Part shown: piece by piece, positions 27,504 through 36,596 of the stretch | Position numbering within the stretch: the first letter of the stretch is position 1 | How the letters are laid out: the number at the start of each line of letters is the position of its first letter | From: an uncultured Lentisphaeria bacterium | Lineage (GTDB): Bacteria > Verrucomicrobiota > Lentisphaeria > Victivallales > UBA1829 | NCBI GenBank assembly: GCA_949287225.1 | Contig: CASEFP010000008.1 | Span: forward strand, 7,199-71,198 | Reading direction: 5' to 3' | DNA: 64,000 nucleotides | Program-made: the position numbers and the translations under genes | Notes under the pieces: model-generated | The model's input: the letters and a program-made list of their open reading frames with translations, nothing else | Told to the model about the DNA's origin: nothing | Databases searched by the model: none

Positions 27504-29021
27504 TTACTGCGTCTTACGGGTGTTTTCCGCATCAACGGCACGCAGGATCCGCCGGGCGGCGGGACTCCAGGAACGCCAGGACCCGACACTCTTTTTCAGG
27601 CGGCCCGTCTCCGCCTCGACATCCGGCCCCCCGGGAATCCATATGCCCGCTTTCCGAGCACGGATCAGCACCGGAAGCGAGGCGGGAAGGAGAGACTTGA
27701 GGTAATCCACATCCAGAGAGGCCGGCTGAAGCCCGTTTTCCGCAGGAGCGGCATTCTCGCGGCAGTGGGCGAAGTTGTATTCGGCAATGAAACGCGACGT
27801 GTCGAACAGCATCACAAGAAGCAGCACGGCAAGCAGCTGCGCACCATTGGCCCAGAAAAGCCAGCAGAAACTCTTCCTCCGCAGAATCTTGAAGAAGATC
27901 AGACACAGTCCGACCGCGACAACCGCCATCCATATTCCAGCGGCGCCCCGGAGCCCGGTCAGGCTGTAAACCGAGACATATTTCTCCAGGCGCAGCAACG
28001 ACGAGGCAACCAGAAACACGTTCTGTGCAAGCCAGATATAAACCAGAATCCGCGGCCATTTCCAGGCCGGCCCGGAACATTTCCCGCTAAATGCAAGAAG
28101 CGTCAGGCCTCCCGCGATCAGAGCGGTTGCGATCAGTGGATAGGCTCCCCGGTGCGCATATTCGGCATAGGTCACACCCTCGGGCAGCGCCGCTCCCGCC
28201 CAGAGATACTCCGCATCAAGGAGATTCTGGAGCAGAAACACCAGATTGAAAAGCACGAGACCGCGCGTCATGATCTTTGCCAGCAGGATTGAGGAGTCCT
28301 CCGAAAGCTCCTTCCAGTGCACTTCCGGATCAAGATCGCGATTTTCCGCGTAAATACGACTCCAGAGCGTCATGCCTGTCAGCGCCGCCAGACCGAGCGC
28401 CGTTGTCACCCAGAAGAAAATATGGCCGACGGAAGGAAAGTCAATCGTGCCGAGCCATTTCACAACGCGTCCTGTCCACCGCCCGAGAAGCGGATTTGCT
28501 TCGGAGAAGAAAACCAGAAACATCAGAGAGACAATCACGGGAACCACCCAGAGAAGCGCTCCGCGCAGGAAACGTCCCAGGGGAGATTTCCAGTCTCCTC
28601 CCGCCCGGCGCGCGCACCACAGCTGATAAAGGCCGTCAAACAGAAACGAGAAAACGAGAGAAGCCAGCTTCAGCCCCCATTGCCAGACGGAGGAATCCGC
28701 CTTCTCCTCCCGGCAGACCATCCGGAACACGAGAATGGAAAAGCATCCGGCGGCAACGGCAGAGAAACCGGCGTAATAAAAAATCCCGATCCCGCAAAGC
28801 AGCAGCTCAAGTATCCAGAAGGCCCATGCCGTTCCGGAAAGAAACCCCGTCCGGCGGGGCCAGGAGATTCCGAGCAGGCCAAGATAGAACATCGTCAACG
28901 GAATCGAACCGGGATCGGGAGAACGATAGAGAAAGATGTCGGTCAAAAGCACCATCAGCAGAATCATCCAGATCCGCAGACGATCCGGATACCACAAATT
29001 GTTTCGATGATCGTCAGGCAT
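27504..29021 (-). CDS. Polytopic membrane protein (possibly DUF4153/DUF4173-like)
   Basis: At least 10 hydrophobic segments. ATG 29021 is preceded by GGAGG. The track ORF extends to 29222. Confidence 0.6.
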   Translation of the reverse strand: MPDDHRNNLWYPDRLRIWMILLMVLLTDIFLYRSPDPGSIPLTMFYLGLLGISWPRRTGFLSGTAWAFWILELLLCGIGIFYYAGFSAVAAGCFSILVFRMVCREEKADSSVWQWGLKLASLVFSFLFDGLYQLWCARRAGGDWKSPLGRFLRGALLWVVPVIVSLMFLVFFSEANPLLGRWTGRVVKWLGTIDFPSVGHIFFWVTTALGLAALTGMTLWSRIYAENRDLDPEVHWKELSEDSSILLAKIMTRGLVLFNLVFLLQNLLDAEYLWAGAALPEGVTYAEYAHRGAYPLIATALIAGGLTLLAFSGKCSGPAWKWPRILVYIWLAQNVFLVASSLLRLEKYVSVYSLTGLRGAAGIWMAVVAVGLCLIFFKILRRKSFCWLFWANGAQLLAVLLLVMLFDTSRFIAEYNFAHCRENAAPAENGLQPASLDVDYLKSLLPASLPVLIRARKAGIWIPGGPDVEAETGRLKKSVGSWRSWSPAARRILRAVDAENTRKTQ

Positions 29022-29246
29022 GAGAACCTCCAGCAGAGTGCAGCAATCCATATAATTGAGACAGGCTATCCGCCTTCCACCCCCCGATCCGGGGAATCCC
29101 GGGTTTACTATAACATGCCGAAGGCGGATTGCAAGACCCCGGACGGAAGTCTTCCGGAACGGCTCTTTCCATGCCTCCGGATTGCCCTGTATCCGGGGAA
29201 AGGAACGGAAAAGCAGAAACAAAACGGAAAATCCGGCGCGGAAAGC

Positions 29247-29275
29247 TTGACAAGTGCGGAAAAAGCAAGTATCTT
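29247..29275 (+). promoter_or_regulatory. Candidate promoter for rpsA
   Basis: TTGACA (29247-29252), 17-nt spacer, TATCTT (29270-29275). Confidence 0.45.
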
Positions 29276-29294
29276 ATCAGTTCGAATCAGAGGT

Positions 29295-29319
29295 GTGCAT
29301 GGATACCGTGTCCGTGCAC
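29295..29319 (+). promoter_or_regulatory. Hairpin in the rpsA 5' leader
   Basis: gtgcatgg (29295-29302) pairs with ccgtgcac (29312-29319) over 8 bp including one G-U, with a 9-nt loop, 49 nt upstream of the rpsA ATG. Confidence 0.3.
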
Positions 29320-29367
29320 AGGGAGTTTCCTTGACAGGCAACAAAACAAATTAAAGAAAACAGCAAA

Positions 29368-31104
29368 ATGACAACAGAAAACACAAAAAGCTATGTCGAT
29401 CTGAGCAGCAGTCTTTCGATGGAGGAACTGCTGAACGGCACGGAAAAAAGCAGCAACTTTGCCGAAGGTTCCATTGTTCCCGGCAAAATTGTCGAAAAAA
29501 GACAGGACGGCGCCCTGGTAGACATCGGCTACAAGGCGGAAGGTTTTATCCCGAACACGGAATTCCGGGATTGGAATGAGGTCCAGGTCGGCGATCAGGT
29601 GGATGTTTTTCTCGAAGCGATCGAGAATGAAAATAATATGCCGGAGATCAGTCTTTCCAAGGCCAACTTCATCAAGTCCTGGGAAAAGATCACTTCCGAA
29701 TACGGAGAGGGCAGCGTCATCCGCGGTCTCATGAAGCATCGCGTCAAAGGCGGCATCATCATCGATCTTAACGGCGTGGAAGCCTTCCTGCCGGGTTCGC
29801 AGATCGACATCGGTCCCGTCAAGAACATGGATGAATACATCGGCAAGGAATACGATCTCAAGATCCTCAAGATCAATCAGGACCGCAAGAACATCGTCGT
29901 TTCCCGCCGTGAACTGCTTGAAGAGTCCCGCAAGGACCGCCGCTCCGCTCTCCTCAAGGAGATGCAGGTCGGCCAGATCCGCAAGGGCGTCGTCAAGAAC
30001 ATCACCGACTTCGGCGCCTTCATCGACCTCGGCGGTGTGGACGGACTTCTCCATATCACCGACATGTCCTGGGGCAGAATCTCCCATCCGTCCGAAATGC
30101 TCGAAATCGGCCAGGAGGTCGAGGTCATGATTCTCGACATCGACTTCGAGAAGGAGCGCGTCTCCCTCGGACTCAAGCAGAAGACCCGCAATCCGTGGGA
30201 CGAAGTGGAATCCAAATACGCGGTCGGCAACGTCGTCAAGGGCCGCATTGTCAACATCATGCCTTACGGCGCGTTCGTTGAGATCGAACAGGGCGTCGAG
30301 GGTCTGATCCACGTTTCCGAAATGTCCTGGACCAAGCGCGTGACCAAGGCAGGCGACGTCGTCAGCGTCGGCGAAGAGGTCGAAGCCGTCGTGCTCGACA
30401 TCGACAAGGAAGGCAAGAAGATCTCTCTCGGACTCCGTCAGAAGACCCGCAATCCGTGGGAAGTCCTCGCCGAGAAATATCCGGCGGGCAGCCGCATCAA
30501 GGGCAAGGTCCGCAACATGACCAGCTACGGCGCGTTCGTCGAGATCGAAAACGACATCGACGGCATGATCCACGTTTCCGACATGTCCTGGACGCGCAAG
30601 ATCAACAACCCGAACGAAGTGCTCAAGGTCGGCGACGAGGTTGACGCCGTCATCCTCGACATCGATCCCCAGCAGCAGAGAATCTCCCTCGGACTCAAGC
30701 AGACCGAGGACGATCCCTGGGCGAACATTGAGACACTCTACAAGATCGGCGACGTCGTCAAGGGCAAGGTCACGAAGATCACGAACTTCGGCGCGTTCAT
30801 CGAACTCTCCCACAAGATCGACGGACTCGTCCACATTTCCCAGATCAGCAAGGACCGCGTCGAGAAGGTCAAGGACAAACTCTCTCTCGGTCAGGAGATC
30901 GAGGCGCGCGTCATCAAGATCGACAAGGACGAACGCAGAATCGGGCTCAGCATCAAGGCGCTTGAGGAAGGATATTCCGAGGACGACCTGAAGGCGGCCG
31001 GCGAGGAAGTCTCCGCCGCGCTCAAGCCGGGTGCGGCTCTCGTCGACATGGGCAAGGTCCTCGGCGACGCCCTGGACGAGCTCGAAGTCAGCGACAACAA
31101 CTGA
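29368..31104 (+). CDS. rpsA: 30S ribosomal protein S1
   Basis: Six S1 repeats, for example GSIVPGKIVEKRQDGALVDIGYKAEGFIP, GVVKNITDFGAFIDLGGVDGLLHITDMSW and GKVTKITNFGAFIEL. Confidence 0.95.
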   Translation: MTTENTKSYVDLSSSLSMEELLNGTEKSSNFAEGSIVPGKIVEKRQDGALVDIGYKAEGFIPNTEFRDWNEVQVGDQVDVFLEAIENENNMPEISLSKANFIKSWEKITSEYGEGSVIRGLMKHRVKGGIIIDLNGVEAFLPGSQIDIGPVKNMDEYIGKEYDLKILKINQDRKNIVVSRRELLEESRKDRRSALLKEMQVGQIRKGVVKNITDFGAFIDLGGVDGLLHITDMSWGRISHPSEMLEIGQEVEVMILDIDFEKERVSLGLKQKTRNPWDEVESKYAVGNVVKGRIVNIMPYGAFVEIEQGVEGLIHVSEMSWTKRVTKAGDVVSVGEEVEAVVLDIDKEGKKISLGLRQKTRNPWEVLAEKYPAGSRIKGKVRNMTSYGAFVEIENDIDGMIHVSDMSWTRKINNPNEVLKVGDEVDAVILDIDPQQQRISLGLKQTEDDPWANIETLYKIGDVVKGKVTKITNFGAFIELSHKIDGLVHISQISKDRVEKVKDKLSLGQEIEARVIKIDKDERRIGLSIKALEEGYSEDDLKAAGEEVSAALKPGAALVDMGKVLGDALDELEVSDNN

Positions 31105-31139
31105 TCGGACCTGATCAGAAAACAGGGAGGCGCATTCTG

Positions 31140-32207
31140 ATGTCTGGAACAAAAAACAATACACAGATGCTTTTTGATTTCGGACCGGACGGGGAAGACG
31201 ACGTCCGGAATGACGCCGCCCTGAACGACGATCTGTTCTCCTCGGAAACCGATTCCGGAGAACTGGAAGTCGTTGAAATCGAAGACTATGACGAGGAATG
31301 GACGGAGCCTTCCGAAGAAGAAACCTCTCCTGCGGAGGTTCCGCAAAAGGATCCGGACTCCGTCCCCTCTGTCTCAGAACAACCTGTCCCCCCTGCTGAA
31401 CCGGAAAAGAAATCCGTTCCGGCAGCGGAAAGTGTCATCTCCTGCGCTTCCCCGAAAAAACAGGAGCTGACGCCGCAGAACCTGAAACGTGCCGCGCTTG
31501 CGTTTCTAGCGGCTTTGAATCCGACTGGAGCGGCCATGTCCGTTCCGACGCGCCTGAAGAAATTTCAGGCGGACGCGGCAGCATTCTGGTCGGAACGTTC
31601 CGCAGGAAAAAAAGGTGTGCTCCGGGTCGTCCGGACGGCGGTGGTGGAAACCAGCTTTGAAAACATCGTCTCCATGGACTGCACCAATCAGCGCGAGCTG
31701 ACGGCGCTTCTTTCCGCCGCAAAACTGGAGCGTTGCAATCTGGAAGCGGAAATCCGAAGAAAGGAACCCCATCTGAAAGAGGCGGATACGTTGTTCGCCG
31801 ATTTCGATTCCTGGGATTATACAAAAAGCGCGAACAAAGCCTACAAACAGTGCCTCAAGCGGATCGACGAGCTTGAATATGCGCTCTATCACGGCAGCCG
31901 CCTGGACCGGATGCGAGCGGCAAAAACGGCATCGCAGCTCTATCTTGCCGTTCCGGAAAACGCAGTGAAGCCCGATGAAATCGCGGACTCGTGGGGACTG
32001 ATCTATGTGATGCCGGATCTCACGTTCCGCCTGGTCAAGGAGCCGGAAACCTGGAACTGTCCCGAGGAGAACATGAATCATCTGGCGCAGAACATTGCCG
32101 CCTCGGCATTGCGCAATGTGCTCTTTTCCAACGGGATCTACACCGACAGGAACGCTCCGGCGCCGCGTCTCGGCCCGGTTCCGCACAGACGCCGCCTGAA
32201 CCGCTGA
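31140..32207 (+). CDS. Hypothetical protein with an acidic disordered N-terminus and a conserved-looking C-terminal domain
   Basis: cagggagg lies 9 nt upstream. The N-terminal 110 aa are D/E/P/S-rich. The C-terminal 240 aa have mixed alpha/beta character. No motif recognised. Confidence 0.6.
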   Translation: MSGTKNNTQMLFDFGPDGEDDVRNDAALNDDLFSSETDSGELEVVEIEDYDEEWTEPSEEETSPAEVPQKDPDSVPSVSEQPVPPAEPEKKSVPAAESVISCASPKKQELTPQNLKRAALAFLAALNPTGAAMSVPTRLKKFQADAAAFWSERSAGKKGVLRVVRTAVVETSFENIVSMDCTNQRELTALLSAAKLERCNLEAEIRRKEPHLKEADTLFADFDSWDYTKSANKAYKQCLKRIDELEYALYHGSRLDRMRAAKTASQLYLAVPENAVKPDEIADSWGLIYVMPDLTFRLVKEPETWNCPEENMNHLAQNIAASALRNVLFSNGIYTDRNAPAPRLGPVPHRRRLNR

Positions 32208-32226
32208 CGCGGGGAGGAGACGGCTC

Positions 32227-33240
32227 ATGAATTTCTTCAAAGACCTCAAAGCACGCGTGGAATACCTGTTTGTCCTGGCGGCATTCAAACTCATGGGGCA
32301 CCTTCCCTACCGCTCGTTCCGCTCCATCGGACGAATCTTCGGCACAATTCTCTATTACATTCCCGGCTTCGGCTCGCTCTGTTGCGTCAATATTCACGCG
32401 GCGTTCCCGGAAAAGGACGCGCAGGAAGTCAGACGCATCGCCCGCGGAAGTATGGAGAATCTGGTGAGAACCATCTGTGAGTTCTTCTGGGCATGCGCCC
32501 ATCCGGACGAATTCGAAAAAACCGTCGATCTGACCAATTGCCGCGCATGCGCGGAAAAGGGGCTCCGCATGATGGAAAATGGGACAGGGGCGATTCTTGT
32601 AACGCCGCATCTGGGCAACTGGGAGTTCGCGGGACGAATTCTTTCCCAGCTCTTTCACTACCGGATGGCCACGGTGGTCAAGACCGCGCGCAATCCCTAT
32701 CTCGACCGCCTGATCAGTTCCGGACGATCCGCGGGCGATGTGCGCATCCTCCACTCCAAGGGGGCGGCGCGCAATATGAAAAAGGCGCTGGACGAGGGGT
32801 ATACAATCGGCATTCTGATCGACCAGAACACCCGTCCGCGCAACGGCGGGGTGTTTGTCAATCTGTTCGGCATCCCGGTGCCCGTAAGCCGCGCGCCTGC
32901 GGTGCTGGCCCGTTCCCGGAACCGTTATATCGCCATCGGAACCGCAATCCGGACGGAGGGAAAATTCAATGCGATCCTGCGCGAACTGCCGAAACCCGCC
33001 GCGGAATATGAAAGCGACGAGGAACTGATCCAGGCGCTGACGGACATCACGGAAGAGTTCATCCGGATGGCGCCGGAACAGTATCTCTGGTTCTACCGGC
33101 GTTTTCAGTACATTCCGGAGGAGGTTTCGCCGGAGGTCCGCAAACGGTATCCCTCTTACGCAAGAGTCCCGAGCAGGCGCTTCTTCTCCATGAAGGCGAA
33201 AATGGCCCAACTGAAGGCGATGGCGCGCAAAGAGGATTGA
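32227..33240 (+). CDS. Lipid A biosynthesis (Kdo)2-lipid IVA acyltransferase family (LpxL/HtrB-like)
   Basis: The HX4(D/E) motif in LVTPHLGNWEFAG, plus ILIDQN and the C-terminal PEQYLWFYRRF. Confidence 0.8.
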   Translation: MNFFKDLKARVEYLFVLAAFKLMGHLPYRSFRSIGRIFGTILYYIPGFGSLCCVNIHAAFPEKDAQEVRRIARGSMENLVRTICEFFWACAHPDEFEKTVDLTNCRACAEKGLRMMENGTGAILVTPHLGNWEFAGRILSQLFHYRMATVVKTARNPYLDRLISSGRSAGDVRILHSKGAARNMKKALDEGYTIGILIDQNTRPRNGGVFVNLFGIPVPVSRAPAVLARSRNRYIAIGTAIRTEGKFNAILRELPKPAAEYESDEELIQALTDITEEFIRMAPEQYLWFYRRFQYIPEEVSPEVRKRYPSYARVPSRRFFSMKAKMAQLKAMARKED

Positions 33241-33285
33241 CGCAAGCATTTCCGCGAAGCGGACACGCAGAATACTAAAACGCTT

Positions 33286-33315
33286 CACTCTTCCCGCAAA
33301 TAAGCGGGAAGAGTG
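33286..33315 (+). terminator. Strong hairpin after the acyltransferase gene
   Basis: cactcttcccgc (33286-33297) and gcgggaagagtg (33304-33315) form a perfect 12-bp stem with a 6-nt loop. The downstream T content is only moderate. Confidence 0.5.
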
Positions 33316-33316
33316 C

Positions 33317-33345
33317 TTGACTTTGCTTTCTCTTCCGGTTATATT
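33317..33345 (+). promoter_or_regulatory. Candidate promoter for nagA
   Basis: TTGACT (33317-33322), 17-nt spacer, TATATT (33340-33345). Confidence 0.45.
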
Positions 33346-33381
33346 CCATGTTGTCAAAACCTTTAACAGGAGAGAATTTCC

Positions 33382-34533
33382 ATGAACATGCTTTTCAAGA
33401 ACTGCAATCTCATCTCGCCGGACGTGGAGCTCGAAGGCGCCGCCATCCTCGTGGAAGACAAGGTCGTGAAGAAAATCTTCGCCAAGGGCGATCCCCTGCC
33501 GCAGGCGGACAAGGTAATCGACGTCAACGGCGCAATGACGGTACCCGGCTTTGTCGACATTCACTGCCACGGAAAATCCGGATTCGATTTCAGCGACGCG
33601 ACGGAAGAAGCGATGACGACGATCGGCATCGACAAGCTCAAAGAGGGCGTCACGACCTTTCTGCCCACGACGCTCACGCTTCCGGAGGAACAGCTCGCCG
33701 AATCGCTGCGGACCGCCGCAAACTACGTGAAAAAGGGCGTCAAGGGCGTCAAGCTCGCCGGCGTGCATCTGGAAGGGCCGTTCATCAACCCGAAGTGCCT
33801 TGGCGCGCAGAATCCGGATTTCGTCCGCGAGCCCGACATTGAGATGGTCCGCCGCCTGGCGAAGATCTTCCCTGTGAAGAAAGTCTCCTACGCGGTGGAA
33901 ATGCCCGGCGGCGACCGTTTCGCAGCCGACTGCATCGCCGAGGGAATCACCCCCTCCTGCGTCCACAGTGCGGCGACGTTCAAACAGTTCCAGGCGGCTC
34001 ACGAGCACGGGCTTCAGAACCTGACCCACTTCTGCAACCAGATGACGCCGCTCCATCACCGCGACATCGGGCTGGTCGGAGCGGGATTCGCCTGCAAGGA
34101 TGTCTACATCGAGCTGATCTGCGACAAACTGCACATCTGTCCCGACATGATTTCGCTGGTCTTTTCGCTGAAGAGCGTGGAAAAGATCCAGCTCATCACC
34201 GACGCCATGCGCGCTGCGGGAATGCCCGACGGAGAGTCCTCCCTCGGCGGACTTGCGGTGATCGTCAAGGACGGCGCGGCCCGCCTCGCCTCCAACGGCG
34301 CCCTTGCCGGAAGCACGCTCCAGATCTGTGACGCGCTCCGCAACGTCTATGAAATCACCGGGCTTCCGCTCAGGGATCTCATCAAGACGACCTCCTGGAA
34401 TCAGGCATGCGCGCTCGGCCTTGAGAAGATCGGCAAGCTCGCGCCGGGCTACATGGCGGACATCGTGATTCTGGACAGCAATTTCAAAGTCCGCAGCGTC
34501 TTTGTCGAAGGCGAACTCCGCTATCAGGCTTAA
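33382..34533 (+). CDS. nagA: N-acetylglucosamine-6-phosphate deacetylase
   Basis: PGFVDIHCHG, GVHLEGPFINP, HFCNQM and LITDAM. Confidence 0.9.
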   Translation: MNMLFKNCNLISPDVELEGAAILVEDKVVKKIFAKGDPLPQADKVIDVNGAMTVPGFVDIHCHGKSGFDFSDATEEAMTTIGIDKLKEGVTTFLPTTLTLPEEQLAESLRTAANYVKKGVKGVKLAGVHLEGPFINPKCLGAQNPDFVREPDIEMVRRLAKIFPVKKVSYAVEMPGGDRFAADCIAEGITPSCVHSAATFKQFQAAHEHGLQNLTHFCNQMTPLHHRDIGLVGAGFACKDVYIELICDKLHICPDMISLVFSLKSVEKIQLITDAMRAAGMPDGESSLGGLAVIVKDGAARLASNGALAGSTLQICDALRNVYEITGLPLRDLIKTTSWNQACALGLEKIGKLAPGYMADIVILDSNFKVRSVFVEGELRYQA

Positions 34534-34562
34534 GAGCTCTGCGCAGTTCACGGAACACCATG

Positions 34563-34599
34563 CGGCGGCGGGGGAATCCTCCTGCCGCCGTTTTTTTTT
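34563..34599 (+). terminator. Rho-independent terminator of nagA
   Basis: cggcggcggg (34563-34572) pairs with cctgccgccg (34581-34590) at 9/10 positions, followed by T9 (34591-34599). Confidence 0.85.
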
Positions 34600-34676
34600 G
34601 TACAGGAAGATTCCTTCCCGATTCGTAAATCGTCCTCCGACATGCTATATTGACGGAAACCCGAAGGGAGAAACGG

Positions 34677-36566
34677 ATGAATCTCAAGGATATCACGCGA
34701 TTTTTCAGGAACCGGAACAGTTCCGTCTTCATTGATCTGGTTTCCAAATACACGGAAAAACTTCCGCATGACAAAATTCAGGCGCTCCTGACGCTTTTTC
34801 TGGCTGCATACACGAACGTCAACGGGACGCTGCCGCCGGAGAGCGATCTGGAGGAACTGGAACTGGTTCTTGCCGGAATTCTCCCGGAACGGAATGCACA
34901 GGAACTGATGTGCAAAGCAAAAGCGGCGGAAAAAGCAGGAGCCAAAGAAGCGGCGCATACGCTTTCGGATCTCCCCGAGAATGACCGTCTCGCACTGGCG
35001 GCGGCACTGCTGGAACTGGACAAGGCGCTGACTCCGCTCACGGAAAAGAGCCGGAAGGGCTTTACGGAGTTTGCATCTGCAATGGGCATTGCGCCCGCAC
35101 GTATTCAGGAGCTGATCGAACGGGAAACAGCCCGGCGCACGACCGCCGTGAGGGTGCTGAACTCCGGCGCGGGACTCGCGGTCGCACTGGTCGTCATTGT
35201 TGTCTTTCTTCTTGCGGCGACGTTTCTCAAATCCCTGATTTTCGGAATCATACTCGCCTACTTCTTCCTGCCGCTGGAAAAATATTTTGAAAAACATTTC
35301 TTCAATACAAAATTCGTGATTGCCGTCTCGAAGTTCTTTGCCTTCCTCTACCGGCCCTTCCGCAGGATCAGCACGTTCTTCTCGCCGGAGAAGGAACAGA
35401 CGGAGGAGGAAAAACACCTTGCCGAACGCAGGATGCTGGTCATGAAATCCTCGCTTGCAACCCTGATCACGGTCACGGCCGGCGCGATTCTGGCGCTTCT
35501 TCTGATCGTCTCGATTCTCATTCCGGCGGCAATCAACATGGGGCGCTCCGTCAACGACTGGGCAAATTCCAGTCCTGTTCTGGGTCATCTGGAAAAAACG
35601 GTCGCCGCCTGGATCACGCACGAGGAAGAGGTTCCGGCGCCTGCGGAAAAAACAGCTTCCTCCTTGGAAAAACAGGATGCGGGAAGCTCTGAAACAACGG
35701 AAATGACGGCAGAAACGGAGCAGGCAAGTAAAGACGCCGAGGTGCTGGAAATCCATTCGATCAAGGAATTCGCCGAATGGCTCCGTCCGAAACTGCATAC
35801 CTATCTTCAGGAAAACAGCAGGGATATTGCAGGACTGCTTTTTTCCAAAAGCCGGGGCATTCTGGCAACGCTTGCCGAGACCGTAACGGCCCTCGGCATC
35901 TTCCTGTTCGACCTGCTTCTCTGCGTTTTCTTCTTCCTCTACTTCCTTCAGAAGATGGCGCTCTTCTCGAACTCGTTCCGCGCGACTGCAAAAGCGGACG
36001 GAGAAAGTGTCGGCGACTGGTGCGTCAAGAGTGTCTTTGACTCCAACTGGCTCCCGAAAACCTCGCCGGAGAGCCGCCGCGAAGCCGCGGAGATCATCAA
36101 CCGGATCTGTCACATGTTCGACGCGTGGACGCGCGGCTACATTTCGATCATCCTGATCGAAACGCTGTTGTACATTACGGCATTTTCAATTTTCTCGGTG
36201 CCGTATGCCGTGCCGCTGGGCATTGCCGCGGGGCTCACGATTCTCCTGCCGTTCATCGGACCGATCGCCAGTTTCGTGCTGACGACTCTCGTCTGCATCG
36301 CCTTTGTCGACGCGCATCTGGCAACGGCGCTGATCGGAGTGACTGTCACTTATGTGATCATCAACGGCATTCTGGAGCAGCTGATTCTGTATCCCTCCTT
36401 CGTCGGGGGCGCCATCGGGCTCACGACGCTGGAAACGATCATCGTGGTTCTGCTCGGTGGGCTGTTTGCCGGGATCACCGGTATGATCTTCGCGGTTCCG
36501 GCCGCCGCCGTCATCAAGTATCTGATTCCGAAAATCTACAATGTCTGGAGCCCCGGAAAGCAGTAG
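34677..36566 (+). CDS. AI-2E family (PerM/UPF0118) transporter with an N-terminal soluble extension
   Basis: C-terminal core GYISIILIETLLYITAFSIFSVPYAVPLGIAAGLTILLPFIGPIASF. About 165 aa of helical soluble sequence precede the first TM. gaagggag lies upstream of ATG 34677. Confidence 0.8.
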   Translation: MNLKDITRFFRNRNSSVFIDLVSKYTEKLPHDKIQALLTLFLAAYTNVNGTLPPESDLEELELVLAGILPERNAQELMCKAKAAEKAGAKEAAHTLSDLPENDRLALAAALLELDKALTPLTEKSRKGFTEFASAMGIAPARIQELIERETARRTTAVRVLNSGAGLAVALVVIVVFLLAATFLKSLIFGIILAYFFLPLEKYFEKHFFNTKFVIAVSKFFAFLYRPFRRISTFFSPEKEQTEEEKHLAERRMLVMKSSLATLITVTAGAILALLLIVSILIPAAINMGRSVNDWANSSPVLGHLEKTVAAWITHEEEVPAPAEKTASSLEKQDAGSSETTEMTAETEQASKDAEVLEIHSIKEFAEWLRPKLHTYLQENSRDIAGLLFSKSRGILATLAETVTALGIFLFDLLLCVFFFLYFLQKMALFSNSFRATAKADGESVGDWCVKSVFDSNWLPKTSPESRREAAEIINRICHMFDAWTRGYISIILIETLLYITAFSIFSVPYAVPLGIAAGLTILLPFIGPIASFVLTTLVCIAFVDAHLATALIGVTVTYVIINGILEQLILYPSFVGGAIGLTTLETIIVVLLGGLFAGITGMIFAVPAAAVIKYLIPKIYNVWSPGKQ

Positions 36567-36596
36567 CTCTCCGGGGGGGGAAAGTGGTGGCGCACC

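Noticed and set aside
29287-31164. 625-aa ORF on the minus strand
   Set aside because: It is exactly antisense to rpsA, whose six S1 domains are unmistakable. The translation is low-complexity (D/E/L/V-rich) with no motifs, which is the typical shadow ORF of GC-rich DNA.
32035-34551. 838-aa ORF on the minus strand
   Set aside because: It is antisense to the LpxL-family gene and nagA, both of which have clear catalytic motifs. The translation is Arg/Gly/Ala-rich with no recognisable domains.
36573-36580. G8 homopolymer as a potential phase-variation tract
   Set aside because: It lies in the 30-nt non-coding gap between two convergent stop codons, so length changes would not shift any reading frame or promoter spacing.
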